A stretch of 38,887 nucleotides of DNA, from contig NW_014040538.1 in NCBI RefSeq assembly GCF_001186125.1, forward strand, positions 1-38,887, given 5' to 3'. This document shows, piece after piece, positions 11,125 through 31,300 of the stretch. Position 1 is the first letter of the stretch. Each line of letters starts with the position of its first letter. The notes under the pieces were generated by a model. It did not search any database. It was given only the letters and a program-made list of their open reading frames with translations, and was not told the DNA's origin. The stretch comes from Sphaeroforma arctica JP610. Taxonomy: Eukaryota. Both the position numbers and the translations under genes were made by a program.

Positions 11125-12385
11125 CGTAGATTGTAGAGTGTAATTAGAAAAGAGTAGATTGTATGTAGAATGTTTAGAATTTAGAACGCTAAATGTGTAG
11201 ACTCGGGAGTCGGGACCCATCAGTCATCACTGTCCATCAGTCATCCGCGCATCACCCATCAGGTTAGACCGTTTAGAGTTCCATACTAATCCATTTTAAA
11301 ATCCTGAATCCAGACTTCAGAAGTTTCGATTTTTTTAAAAGTTGTTCAGACTTCAGAAGTTCAGAGTACAAAACAAACGGCACACTTCTAAAAAATTAAA
11401 AACCCTCTGTCTCTCAGTCTCTCTCAGTCTCTCTGTCGGTCTGTCCCTCAGGCCTCAGGGCTTCTAGTCTTCTACTCTCTCTCGAGAGAGAGTAGGAAAC
11501 TTTTACATACACTCACAGACACGGAGACTCAGAGTCCCTCTCTCAGAGTCTCAGTCTCTCTACATACACTTCTATTGTTCACTAAAATCAATACATGTAT
11601 ATACTACATATCCTACTACTTTTAGGCTACTACATACTAAATAAGTAAAAAATAGAGTACATACTACATGGGGACTACGCTAGTAGTCGTTATGTAGTAA
11701 ATTCTCTCGCGTATGTACACACACTCTCTTAGTCTCTCTCTCACCCTCTCTCTCTCTTCTCTTCTACTTCTCTCTCTCTCTCTTGTTGTGTGTTTTGTTG
11801 GTCTTCTTGTATGTGTTGCTGTGGATGTGTTTGTGTGTACTGTAAATTTTAGTGAACTGTGTGAGAGAGATCAGAGATACACAGAGAGTCAAAGACTCTG
11901 TCACTCAGAATACGAAGGGAACACTGGAAGTCTGGAACAATGAACATTGGATACGGATAACTGGAAGTGGATACACTGGGGCCTGAGGGTTGAGGCCCCG
12001 AGGTCCCTTCCCCGAGTCTGACTGCCTGACAGCCCAACTCCCAACTTCCAAGTCCCAACTCACCCGAGTAGATAGTACTCCTCTGAGCTACTCACAATTG
12101 TTATCTCTACGTGGGGAGTACGTTATTTTAAAATATACTCAACATTTGTCATTTCAACTTTATTTCATATGTAATCTCACAGACTCGCATGTCCACACTC
12201 CACGTCCAGTTGTCCACACTCCAGTTCCACACCCGCTCCACACAATAAAGCCACAAACCACACTCGCCAGTCACCACATTCCACAGTTCCACACGCCACA
12301 GGAGGGCCGAGGACCGAGGACCGAGGACCGAGTGTACATAAAACAGCCGAACACCCTCCAGTCCTCCACCACAGGCTACAGCCCA
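11125..12385. other. Low-complexity 'stutter' field of short direct duplications and small palindromes in the divergent intergenic region
   Basis: Examples: CCATCAGTCATC x2, CAGACTTCAGAAGTT x2, GAGGACC x3, GTCCACACTCCA x2, CCCAACT x3, and a perfect 24-bp palindrome CTACTCTCTCTCGAGAGAGAGTAG at 11472-11495. Confidence 0.65.
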
Positions 12386-12406
12386 TTTTAAAAATAAAAT
12401 AAAAAA

Positions 12407-13305
12407 CAGGCTTTGGTGCGCACTCACGTATAGATATTACCGCTTCATAAAAGTTGCATTTTCTCGATTTTTTTTGTGTGAAAAAAAATGAAAATGAAAA
12501 TTTCGAAGACGTCACGGGATTTGTCTTGATGAGGCCTGTCCAAAACTGCAATAAAAAGAGGAGGCAAAATTTGGGTGTGGCAAAAATTTCAGGTCTGACT
12601 AAATACTTGTGTGCCGGCGAATTCTACTTGTCATGCATTTTTCACTCACTTTGATCCGGAAAACTTAAAAAAATCACCACACTTTTAAAAATACATGGAA
12701 AGCATTATTACAGCTTACACTTACTTTATTTCTTGCATCAATCGAAAGATAAAAATCATTCTGCAATCAATCGGCACCTTCGCCAGTTAGTTGTGCATAG
12801 ATATTTTTCGGTACCCTCCGATGAAAGGTATATTTCTGCTTGGCAAACTCAGCAAGGTGGTAATTGAGTCCTTTATAGTAGCAGTCTATATATCTATAGC
12901 AATCTCTGGCAAAGCGTCTGATCGAGTGAGCTAGCGGCACTGTGTCCAATTGTTTTGGTACACTTTTCATATGATCTTCAATATGGAATATTAATAATAA
13001 ACATTCATATGTAGGATTAGATATTAATTTTGTTTATACAGATTGACCACTAACAAAAAAATAAACATCTGCAGTCGAGGTATAGAATACAAACATATAG
13101 TTGAGTACTGAAAACTCGTGATTTGGGAAACGGCAAAAATTTGGGTGCTATTTTTTTTTGGAGTCCAATATGAAAATTTGAACCTGGAATTTCTGAGTCG
13201 ATTGCCGTGTCTAACGCCGGGATCGGATAAATATTTTCGGATCTATGATCCTTCAAATTTGGGGGTCGCGAGGTGGATTTCTATACGCGAGTGCACCATA
13301 CGATG
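12407..13305 (-). mobile_element. Internally deleted IS630/Tc1/mariner-superfamily DNA transposon relic (~900 bp) with imperfect TIRs
   Basis: Left end CAGGCTTTGGTGCGCACTCACGTATAGATATTACC (12407-12441) versus reverse complement of the right end CATCGTATGGTGCACTCGCGTATAGAAATCCACC (13272-13305); TA flanks the right end only. It encloses a transposase C-terminal fragment. Confidence 0.68.
12767..12970 (-). pseudogene. C-terminal fragment of a DDE (Tc1/mariner-like) transposase
   Basis: VPKQLDTVPLAHSIRRFARDCYRYIDCYYKGLNYHLAEFAKQKYTFHRRVP resembles, from memory, the C-terminal motif 'VP.ALDSV....IRRFAR...RYMDAYRKGL....A.FA.KKYKSHRRVP' of a transposase family common in fungi and protists. No catalytic core is visible. 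Confidence 0.72.
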
Positions 13306-13478
13306 TACAGCCTCAGTAGTCAGTACAGGCCTCTCTCTACTCTAGAGAGGATATCTACAGAGTACAGACTACATACAGGTGATGGGGTCCAAACATGAAA
13401 ACAAAGCCGCAAGAGCCAAAAACCCTGACGATCTGGATTTTGTAGGGTTTCTTGATGACGTATTTTACGCGGGATATT

Positions 13479-13522
13479 TTTGCCGCCAAATTCTTTGTTA
13501 GAGCTTTTTGTTCCTTTATAAA
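13479..13522 (+). promoter_or_regulatory. Candidate promoter of the p1-PHD gene: overlapping E2F-type site TTTGCCGCCAAA (13479-13490) and TATAAA (13517-13522)
   Basis: Motif match only, about 350 bp upstream of the predicted ATG at 13856. Confidence 0.3.
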
Positions 13523-13855
13523 TGCCTATTTGTCGACGCCTCAGCGTGAATGCTTTCCGACTACAAGAGGGAAGAAGCAATATCTTCCACAATGCATTTT
13601 TTTCAAGTTTTAACTTTAAACTAGCATGTCTGATATACCACATCTGTATCAGTAGTTCTTGTACTCTTGTTGTGCGTGCTATTCATACCTGACCCTTCTT
13701 CCGCACTCCGCAGTAGATTTACGCTATATTTGTATCACCAGACTTGGTGGTAAAACGAACAATACATCTGGTGACGATAAGCAAGCGCACGAATAGGTGC
13801 ATCTTCACACTCACACAGGTGCATCCTATACGCATACGTAGGTGCATCTGGAAAA

Positions 13856-20640
<6,785 letters not shown>

Positions 20641-22856
20641 TTCTATATATAATTTCTTATGTACGTAAATTATACTAATAACGTTGTTGCCCCAATGCTG
20701 AAATTTCATTCACATTCATGAAACGATCCTGTTCAGCACGACAGCTCATATTCGTCAACGAACTGATGGCCAATTTAATCTCGGTACGCCGGTTAAAGAG
20801 CAAATAGTAGTATTCGAGTGGTTATCGTCCAGCATGTATTGCAAATCGAGTAGAGTATATCCAGCTATCCAAGACAGATATAAGTAGAAAATAAGCGCAC
20901 ATGCTGCATGGGGAAACCGGTCAAGTGTATGTAGAAGCCAGACATACGTTTTCAAGCACTCGGCACGCATCTCAAGTCAATTGGGAAGTCATGGTAGATT
21001 TAGACTATGTAGCGTAAGTGGTCAGGTCGCCAGTGAAAGTGCTGTCATTGACAACTTCCGAGTTGGTGATGAGATGCGAGATTATAGTTAAATATACGAC
21101 TTCTTCAGGAGTAGTCGATAAGTCGTCTTTTCCATCGAGACTGTTGGACAAGAGTTTTCCCAGGGATTATTTTGATTCATTAGAAACCAAAGCATTAAGA
21201 TATATCGAGTAAGTGTAATGTCATACACATGACCAACTCAAACAAGCCGAGTATGTATTGGCGTGACTGTGTCCTGAGTTGAAGACTGAGATAACCCACT
21301 TTCGATCACTGGGGCTATATTTGAAAGGTCAAGACTGGTATCGGTTGTTTTAGCATCAAATATGCAATTCAATATATCTCCCAGCAATAAAGGTGCACGC
21401 ACTATTGCTTGTATTGTTCATTTTCATCAGATAGACATTTAGATCCGCCAAAACATGTGCCAACCAGATTGCATACGCATTTCAGGAACAGACACTTACA
21501 GAGCATCTACAGAAATTGAAATGGTTTTCTACCCAATGCCTGGGCCCTGTGATACTTATGGCTGCGGCACAGTCCTCTATGCTGAATAAAAAACAGTGTA
21601 CTCACAATCGTCGCAAGTTTCGTATATATTTTCATTGGCGAATTGACTCTTCGAGCTTATCTTCTATCTGCTGTCGCGTTGCGAATTGCTGACAAATTCG
21701 AATCAATTATGTATTGTACCTACCTACACCCCCTTCACCGCCAGTCATCTCTTATAGCCAACGTGATATCCTGAATGAGAGAAAGCTCTACTAAATACCT
21801 TGTTTAAATCTCTTTTTGTTTTAACTATATATCACTTGATACTTTTTCACTTATCCTCAGTACAATCTGACGAAGTATCCCCTTTCTGCCGACATTCCAC
21901 ATTGATAATGTGCATACTATTCATATTTGTATTATTATCCCTTCTGTCGACATTACACACTGATACGGTACATACTATCCGTAAATCCATCATTTTCCTT
22001 TCCGCCCACGTCTCCGATTGATATCGCACGTCTCCCTGCTATTTCGACTTGGTGCCTTCTGTGTTCTATATATTACTAGTATAAACCTTAGCACTGTATA
22101 CCCTTGCCTACTACTCATCGCTAACTGTTGTACCCGATGTTAGATTGTACACTAAGACTGTAAATACAAAATGCTGTATTTCCATCTCGACAACAACATC
22201 AAACTCACATCCCTCACTCAAGATCCAAATTGTATCCTCTCGCCCTTCAATCGACTCTCATTCGAAAGATATCCCAATTCTCCTTCAGCAATCATTCGTC
22301 ACACATCTGACCCCCGTCAGTGTTTCCCGGCCATGTAAACCCAAAGGTGTCCCGCGGCATATCACCAAGAGTTCTGATGGCTGGCCTAGAAATGTCGTGT
22401 CCTCTCGTATGGCTATTCTCACGCTACACACACACTTCTTGAGACTCATCTCTATCTTCGTATAAGTGTCGCCTCCTCAACGTCAGATGTTAATATTGTC
22501 TGTGTTTTTAACACCTATAACTGCAGAACATAAGCACTCTCCATCTCAGTTGGATCTTCGCTTCAAGCAAATGGATGCCTGGCTCTTCAATACAACTCAT
22601 TGAGGACCCCACTCACTCGCCCTACAGATACACTTCTGTATGCTAGCAGGTGCTTAACGCTTCTTCAATATATCATTACCGGTCGCATACCCACGCCTGC
22701 ATTACTACCTCTATTTGTGCTTTCCGATCCTGTCTGGCCGCAATAGCCCACCACAGCCATACATACCCATCTACTTTACTCCGTCTTTAACTTAGTAGGT
22801 GTCTGTCGGCTCCACAGCAGATCGATCAGGACCACATGCCCTCATGTCTTTAACTG

Positions 22857-23305
22857 CTACCTCTTCTTGGCACTTGTTTCCTCACCATCAGCTATTGAGT
22901 CATTGGTCTCTGGTGTGGTGTCTTCAGCTACAGAATCATTCTCTGCGATTGGTTTGATCCCACCCACCCCCAAAGTTGACAGTTCGTGGCCGAGGTTCAT
23001 TTGCATCAAGTCTTCTTCGTAAAGTTTGAAAAAGTCCCCACGTAGCACTTCCTCGGCGGTTGGGCGCTAATAGGGTCAAATTTCATCCAGGATGAGAAGA
23101 ATGAGTAAATATATAGGTTCAATTACCTAAACTATATCTATATGTGTGTGTGAGTGTATATATTTATGTATATATATATATATATATATATATACTACTT
23201 GTTCACATATACACGTATACATGTAGATACATACATACATACATACATACATAAATACAAACATACATGCATACATACATACATACATACATACAGCATA
23301 CATGC

Positions 23306-23343
<38 letters not shown>

Positions 23344-25265
23344 GTATGTATATATTTGCATGCATGCATGCATGCATGCATGCACCCACCCACCACACAC
23401 ACATATATATATATAAATATATACATATATACATATATACATTTATTATATATATATATATATATATATATATCTATCTAGATATGTAATATATATGTAT
23501 GTGTGTGTGTGTGTGTATGTATATGTATATATATGTATGTATGTATATAAATATATTCGTATGAGCTCCGGTATAGCTAAGACAGAATATTTCAAATCTT
23601 ACCGTTTTCGCTGACACCCGCAGGCAACTGCGTATTAGGGATTTCGCTTCATCTGGTAAAGCTCTGTACTCCCGGTTCTCCTCATCAAACCTATCGCAGG
23701 AGAAACGACCAATAGTGAGCATGGATATGTTCATATGCACTCATTGGAGTACATCCAGTACAGTGTGGAGTAAAGTCAATATAGCGCAGGTTACATTCAG
23801 TTGAGTGTGGGTGTGGAATCAGCCGAATACATGGGGAGTACATTCACTCTGGTAATAGGGGTGAAGTATATCCACATTTATGTGGAGCAACTTCGATATA
23901 TTTCGGAGTACCAACTGTAGAGTGAGAATTGGAACCTTAGTGATATTGTAACCTGCGATAGTGTGCACGAAGTTATCATATCCGAGTTAGCGATTATTGA
24001 GCATCAAGAAAATAAGGAATGTCCAAAACCGCTTATTGAATTAATCAGTCACGGCAAAAGGCCTTGACAGCATTTTGGGCTCACTAGTACTTGCAGCAGA
24101 GTGATAGTACACGTTGTAGAACGAAGTTACGTGCGCAGCCTGACGGTCACGCACAGGCAAACAAAAAATAGACGTGCGTGCAATGAAACGCAATTTTGTC
24201 CACGTGCATGGTCACATTGAAATCTGTGAAGCACTCGAGATCACTAAGTAAAGTATACATCTCGGTAGTCGCTGTTTTTTCGAATCAGTCATAGACACTG
24301 ACAATTAGACACTTATGCATGAAGAATCAGTCTCGCAGCCTCACAGAAGAGGCATTCAATATAACAGGTAGTTTTGTATACGATTCCAAACTCCTGGGCC
24401 AGCCAATACCAGACCGACAATTGAAGAAAGCTGTCATCACTAAAAAATACACACCTGCCACGGCATATAGCGTTTACCAGTTCATCCTCTGATTGGGCAA
24501 TGAATGGGAACTGACCGGTCATACATATGTAGCATATTATACCAGCACTCCTATGGCATCAAGGTAGAGATCAGCAAATCATGAGGCACAGTCGTTCAGT
24601 ACAATGCGTACTACCTTAAAATATAGTGACACATATACATCATCAGGGTTAATGATATCGAGATAAAAAGTTATAAAAAATAAAATCTTATGTTTTGTAG
24701 ATGTATTGTAAGGGCCATTTTGGGTATCATTTGTGTAAGCAACAATCCTGCTATTTAAACCAGATTAAAATGAACATATTATTTTGATCAGCAAAGGAGG
24801 GTGCTCCGAGTCATTCCGTAAGCGGCGTGTTATCTACAAGCAGACATTTGTATGCAACCATATGTTCGCAAATGTGTATATCAAGTCTACTTTAAGGATA
24901 CAGAACTGTGCTTCGAAATGGATAGATATACCATTAATATGCATACGTATAAATGGCAATTTGTTGCATGCGTATAAGTTTGCAGGTATTGAAATGGACA
25001 CCACATTAAAGTATCGTTGTATTTAAACACACATTGTTATATCAATTTAGAAGTTTCTGTACTTGCGTATATACGTAGCATGACACATGTACATGTACAT
25101 ATATGAAATAGGAATAGAAATATATATTTATAGGCATGGCAAATATGAAATAAGTGTATGTATACATCTTTGCTCGCCTGCTCACACATACATGTATACA
25201 CTTGTATTTTATGTGAATTATACAAAATATCAGGTACACACATATATCTGTTTATATACAAATGC

Positions 25266-25300
<35 letters not shown>

Positions 25301-28300
25301 GTGTGTGTGTATATATGTATCCGCAAAGTACACTTTATCCTAATATACGTTCATATCATAAAAAAAATTGATAGCTCATAATTTTCGACAGTTTTACTCA
25401 CCACATATCCACTGGTTTGCCGTAAGCGACGTCTGTGTTGATAATCTCCGGTGCGTTGTACTTCAGTGTACCGACTGTATCGTTCAGTCTCTCTGATGGC
25501 CGCACAAACTTAGAAAATCCGAAGTCCACGATCTGTACGTAAACGAAATGAGCATGTTAATATCCAAACCTTTTTGCTAAAGCAATCGATTCACATAGAT
25601 GCCTACGCCCCTGAGAGTTTACCAAAAGTAGCAGAGTATATCATAGAACACAAATAAATGGAAGCTGAGGTTGAACAGGTGGTAGCTTGCTCTGAAGGCT
25701 GCATTTAGCTATTTCAATATGCTGACATACACTTCAACATCAACCGATAGCTAGGGCAATTGCAGGTAGGTAGTCAAGCAATGCCTAGTTCGCAGCCAGA
25801 TAGTAAAAGGATCCATTCACCAACTGCAGCGCAGTAGGGGAAATGTATCTCTATATGTGCAGTACAGTAGAAAAAGTTTCAAAGGTTTGCAGCAAATGGC
25901 TAAGCAACCGACGCGCTAGTCTAGCACATGCCAAAATCACCCCAACGCCACAACGGAAACCATGCCGTAGCTCAAATCCATATGAACATATGATAGATAT
26001 CTACGTACTATATATACGTATAAAATATGATTTACGACAGTGACTTGAATCACTAACGAATGTGAAGCTGTCTTATAAAAGCTGATATATAATATAATTA
26101 TCTATATACAAGAATTTACCATACAGAAACGCATTCAGAATCCAGAATTGCGCACTCAGATATACGCATGCACACCTTTAAGTCAGCGTTTGCCAGATCT
26201 GAGCTTGTTACCAGAAGATTCGATGGTTTGATATCTCGGTGGACTATTCCAATTTCATGTAGATATCGAAGCCCTTCAAACATCTGCGCATGTCATGTCA
26301 GTCCATGTCAAGATTAAGAGACAAAATATTTTTATGAGCAAGCCTTGTTCCCAAATGTACTGTTCTCTAGCGTTGAACTTCGATAGGCACATGCAGATAA
26401 AGAAGCAACAAATAAATCTGCAGTGAAGATTGGTGACTGTCAAGTGACTTGAAGCAGAGGATGGCAGCGTAGTGAAAAATCGCATACAGTATAACCGAAT
26501 TGAGTATGAAACCGGGTCGTGTTTGATTGTGTATATTTGGCCTGAATTTAGGACTGCAAAGCGATTGGAAATTTTGAAAACCAGAATTCACTGCGCGTCT
26601 CCAAGATTTCAAAAGAAATACATATCGTGGAAGTGCGATACAATAATTGAATTACAATCCTAGTTCCCATACATTTTTGAGATACTAGTTTACATCTTTC
26701 AATTCACGATTCATATTTATACCCTATAGCATGTGTACGATGCTGAGTAACATGGATTCGACAATTACTTGTATGTGTATCAGTACTAGTAAGGAGGTGT
26801 TGTAGATATGTGTACTTTAAAATGTAGCTACATATTTGTCCAGATGTATGATATTTCACTATCGAAGACAACTACTTGGGCAGATTGGAGAACTATACTA
26901 CTCACAATATGGATATTCCAAATATAACCTTCCAATGTGTAGAACTACTTCTCAACAACAATTTTAATACTTTGAGAATATATTGTTGTAATGAAACCGC
27001 AAACTGCTTGTCAGATATCCGAACCAGCTATGACAACTGGAGTACTGTGGCAGCTGTCAAATGGTGATACCTGATGAAATATACATACATAGATCTGTCC
27101 CATAAGTGTCCCATTTTACCGAAAGCATGAATTGTGATAGATTATACAGTAAGCCTAAACAGTTCTGAACATACTTGGTGAAGAATACAAACGTAGGTAC
27201 GAACAGGTAGAGGACCGTCCTTGCAGTATTTCAAGAGCTCACCGCCTTCGCATTCCTCCATAACCAGGTACATGTGGCTCTGTGAGAGGATCCGAAACAG
27301 AAAATAAATTAGGTGATACATCACAGCAAATATATATATATATATATGTATGTATAAGTAAGCATGCATGCATGTATATACATATACACACATATATATA
27401 TATACATATATAGTAAGCATGCATGCATGCATGTATATCCATATATACATACATACATACATACATAAATACTTACATACATACATACATATATATGCAT
27501 ACATGCGTGCATACATATATGCATACATACATGTATATATATANNNNNNNNNNNNNNNNNNNNNNNNNNNNNNNNNNNNNNNNNNNNNNNNNNNNNNNNN
27601 NNNNNNNNNNNNNNNNNNNNNNNNNNNNNNNNNNNNNNNNNNNNNNNNNNNNNNNNNNNNNNNNNNNNNNNNNNNNNNNNNNNNNNNNNNNNNNNNNNNN
27701 NNNNNNNNNNNNNNNNNNNNNNNNNNNNNNNNNNNNNNNNNNNNNNNNNNNNNNNNNNNNNNNNNNNNNNNNNNNNNNNNNNNNNNNNNNNNNNNNNNNN
27801 NNNNNNNNNNNNNNNNNNNNNNNNNNNNNNNNNNNNNNNNNNNNNNNNNNNNNNNNNNNNNNNNNNNNNNNNNNNNNNNNNNNNNNNNNNNNNNNNNNNN
27901 NNNNNNNNNNNNNNNNNNNNNNNNNNNNNNNNNNNNNNNNNNNNNNNNNNNNNNNNNNNNNNNNNNNNNNNNNNNNNNNNNNNNNNNNNNNNNNNNNNNN
28001 NNNNNNNNNNNNNNNNNNNNNNNNNNNNNNNNNNNNNNNNNNNNNNNNNNNNNNNNNNNNNNNNNNNNNNNNNNNNNNNNNNNNNNNNNNNNNNNNNNNN
28101 NNNNNNNNNNNNNNNNNNNNNNNNNNNNNNNNNNNNNNNNNNNNNNNNNNNNNNNNNNNNNNNNNNNNNNNNNNNNNNNNNNNNNNNNNNNNNNNNNNNN
28201 NNNNNNNNNNNNNNNNNNNNNNNNNNNNNNNNNNNNNNNNNNNNNNNNNNNNNNNNNNNNNNNNNNNNNNNNNNNNNNNNNNNNNNNNNNNNNNNNNNNN

Positions 28301-31300
28301 NNNNNNNNNNNNNNNNNNNNNNNNNNNNNNNNNNNNNNNNNNNNNNNNNNNNNNNNNNNNNNNNNNNNNNNNNNNNNNNNNNNNNNNNNNNNNTATATAT
28401 TAGTGCTGCGAACGTGTTAGAAGTGTATGTATATATTGACATCTAAGTGACAGAATACAGGCTGTATAGACATGTGTATATCCATGTACAAGTACCTATA
28501 AGTATCTTCACGTGTATAGACATGCATCTATATGCCTCTAAAAATGTATTTATAGTACGCATACTCAACTGGTCAAAATCATAGCCATAAAGATAAGCGT
28601 AGATAAATACTCTTATGGAATGCATTTTACCAACACGTTTATAGCTTACAATATGTAAAGTGCACATACCAATACATGCGACTACATGAATGCTGTGTGG
28701 AAGCATATTCAGGAGCGCGTATATAGTACTTTGACAAGATAAACATGTAGATGATTTTGTGTAGAAATGTACGTAAGGGACTAAACCTGTTGACAACCTC
28801 GATTATATACATAAATTACTTGAGATGCTACAGACGACATATGTTAAGATATTACATTTTGATAATACATGCTATTTTTGGCATGCTTTTTGACATGTAC
28901 GAATTATACCTTGGTATCGTAAACTTCGAATAAGCCCACAACATTGATGTGATTTGTCAGTTTGAGTATGGCAACCTCCGCCAACATGCCCTCCCTCTCC
29001 ACTGGGTCTAAGGGCCGTTTGTCGATCATCTTCACAGCCACGCGCTCGCCCGAGTTCTTGAACACTGCCTAATATGTGTTTACGTGCAATCCATGAGGTA
29101 TGCAGTGCTATCGAATCTTTACAGTATCCCTAGTGTGTGATGTCGTTAATACATATGTATTAAGAATGCCTATTCAGTGCGTTCATATACGTGTGCTGAT
29201 TGTTTTATCGTGCACGACGTAAATTTGATATAGCCTAATAGTATCATATTTAATTTTATAATTTTGCTACATGTAAAAAATGTAGAGAATTGTGGCTATG
29301 TTGGTAAACTAGCTGAGATACTACATAGCGACCATTCAAAAGTTCAAACTCAAGGTGTGATATTTGCACATGGAAATTGCACATGTGCTCCATAAGCATG
29401 ATATATGTATAACACTTCCAAATCTTTGACATATACATTAAGAGAATGCACATAGGCGTTTAGGGTCAGACAAATCCTCTCATGTACATTCCCTATACCT
29501 TTCAGTACACTTGTGGATGATATATTCGATGCGGCAATACCAGAAATCTGTCTGAGCGCCCTGTTATTACGTTGTACGACAACGCTGGCGCAGTAATTGT
29601 ACACATGGATGCACAGATGGATTTAAGTATTTGACAAACACTGATGACAACAAGCGAAAATATCTACACTGACATCGACAAATGAAAGTACAGACAAATA
29701 GACAATGTCAGGCGTACATATGGATACACTGACAATCAATGGCATACAAAACGTATAGACTGACTGCTAATGACAGGCGTATACTGGCAGTGATACAATC
29801 CACATGCCGCATAAACACACGCCATACACACGGCCATCAAACCCCATTTAGATAGGAATACTACTTTCGTAGGTATATCAGACAATTAGATAAATCAAAT
29901 ACCCAGAGCAAATGCGTGTGTTTGCAATCAACCATTTAAATACTCATAAGTACACACTGTAGTCGACCTCTCTACACATACTCTGTACACGTGCGAGAAC
30001 CCTCCACTGCCCAGCTTATCGACATTGCCATCGGTGTTGAACAAGTACCAGTCTTTGATGTCCGATAAATCATTGTTTTTGTTGATCGTATCCACCCTGA
30101 GTCAATTATGAACACACGAACATCAGGAGCTGATAGATTATAAAAACTAAAGGGTCACAGAAGGCACCTCTAGAAGCATAAAAACGTATCCACATATTCC
30201 ATAGGGTAGAGTCAAACTCTGCAGGTTAATCGAAAGGTCTAATCAAACATGAAGGAGATAGGCTTCTTTTGAAGGGTCTAAAGGGTCAGGCATAATACAA
30301 AAAGAAATAAACGTATCAGATTTCCAACGGAAAAACAAGCGGTGCGATATTCTCCACATGTTTAAAAATGCAGAGCGGCTAAGGCGATGAAAGTTATACA
30401 CGCAATGTAAGCGTATGGGCGAGAAGAGCCATCTGCAAGTAGATGTCAATCTGAAGCAAATACTAAGTGCGTAGGACGTTGTAGTAGCGACAAGCATTTA
30501 TGTCTACAGATTGATTAGTCAGTACACAATAAATTTTATTATATTCTAGTTGCAAACAGTACTTTCTACATCCAATGCGAAGGACAGGTAGATCAATGCA
30601 CGGGACCCGATGAAGCGCAAAACAGGAACACTGCCGTGAATATTCACAAGCTGTTCAACTCGCATCAACTGTTAACCTACCAGATTTGAGCTTCGTTGAT
30701 GATATCGGGGTCACAGTAAAGCACGTGTGTGTTGTGATTGGAAGTCACAGAAAACCCGTATCGCTTTCCCTTTGCTCCGTGGCTGCATGTTCATTCGGGA
30801 AGAAATTATGAATTAAAAATGTACACGATAGGATAAAATCGCGAATTTGGTCTCAATTCAAAGGTTTGCCAAAGTAGTGCAGTCTAGGCGGCGTGAAAGG
30901 CAAAATATTCTGTCTGTATATATGACTTCCGGCAACGTTTGACGGCAATGGAAGTCCAAGTCGATCCTCGCAGGGAGAGGGAATACATGAACTGTTGCTT
31001 GAAGTGAAGAGCGAGGTTAAAACTATTTTGCAGACATAATTTGAATGAGTATCGTAACATGTTCGTAGCCCTTCCCATATAATACCACCGCTTTCTTGAC
31101 ATGCACCAAAGATGGCACATTGATGACTTGCCCATATTACAATGACAAAGATATGAAGTACGGGGCTTTTTTCTATTTCAAAACAAATGGCCCTACTCGA
31201 CGGGGACAATCAAGCAACAACTCCATGCCAGTGTGAGAATAAATCATTATGGATCATTAACATACTTTTCCCCTCCTACACTTTTTTAAGCTAAGTGCAA

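Noticed and set aside
20755..22850. Short ORFs and purine-skewed sequence between the PHD stop and the kinase stop
   Set aside because: No frame stays open with a recognisable motif. An extra kinase 3' exon via a donor near 22860 cannot be excluded but is unsupported.
23127..23489. YI/MYVC-rich ORFs here and at 14267-14592, 25037-25371 and 35222-35586
   Set aside because: Translations of (TA)n/(TACA)n microsatellites within introns.
27321..28442. Long ORFs of 326-373 aa in the ORF track
   Set aside because: Artefacts of the N gap and flanking microsatellites.
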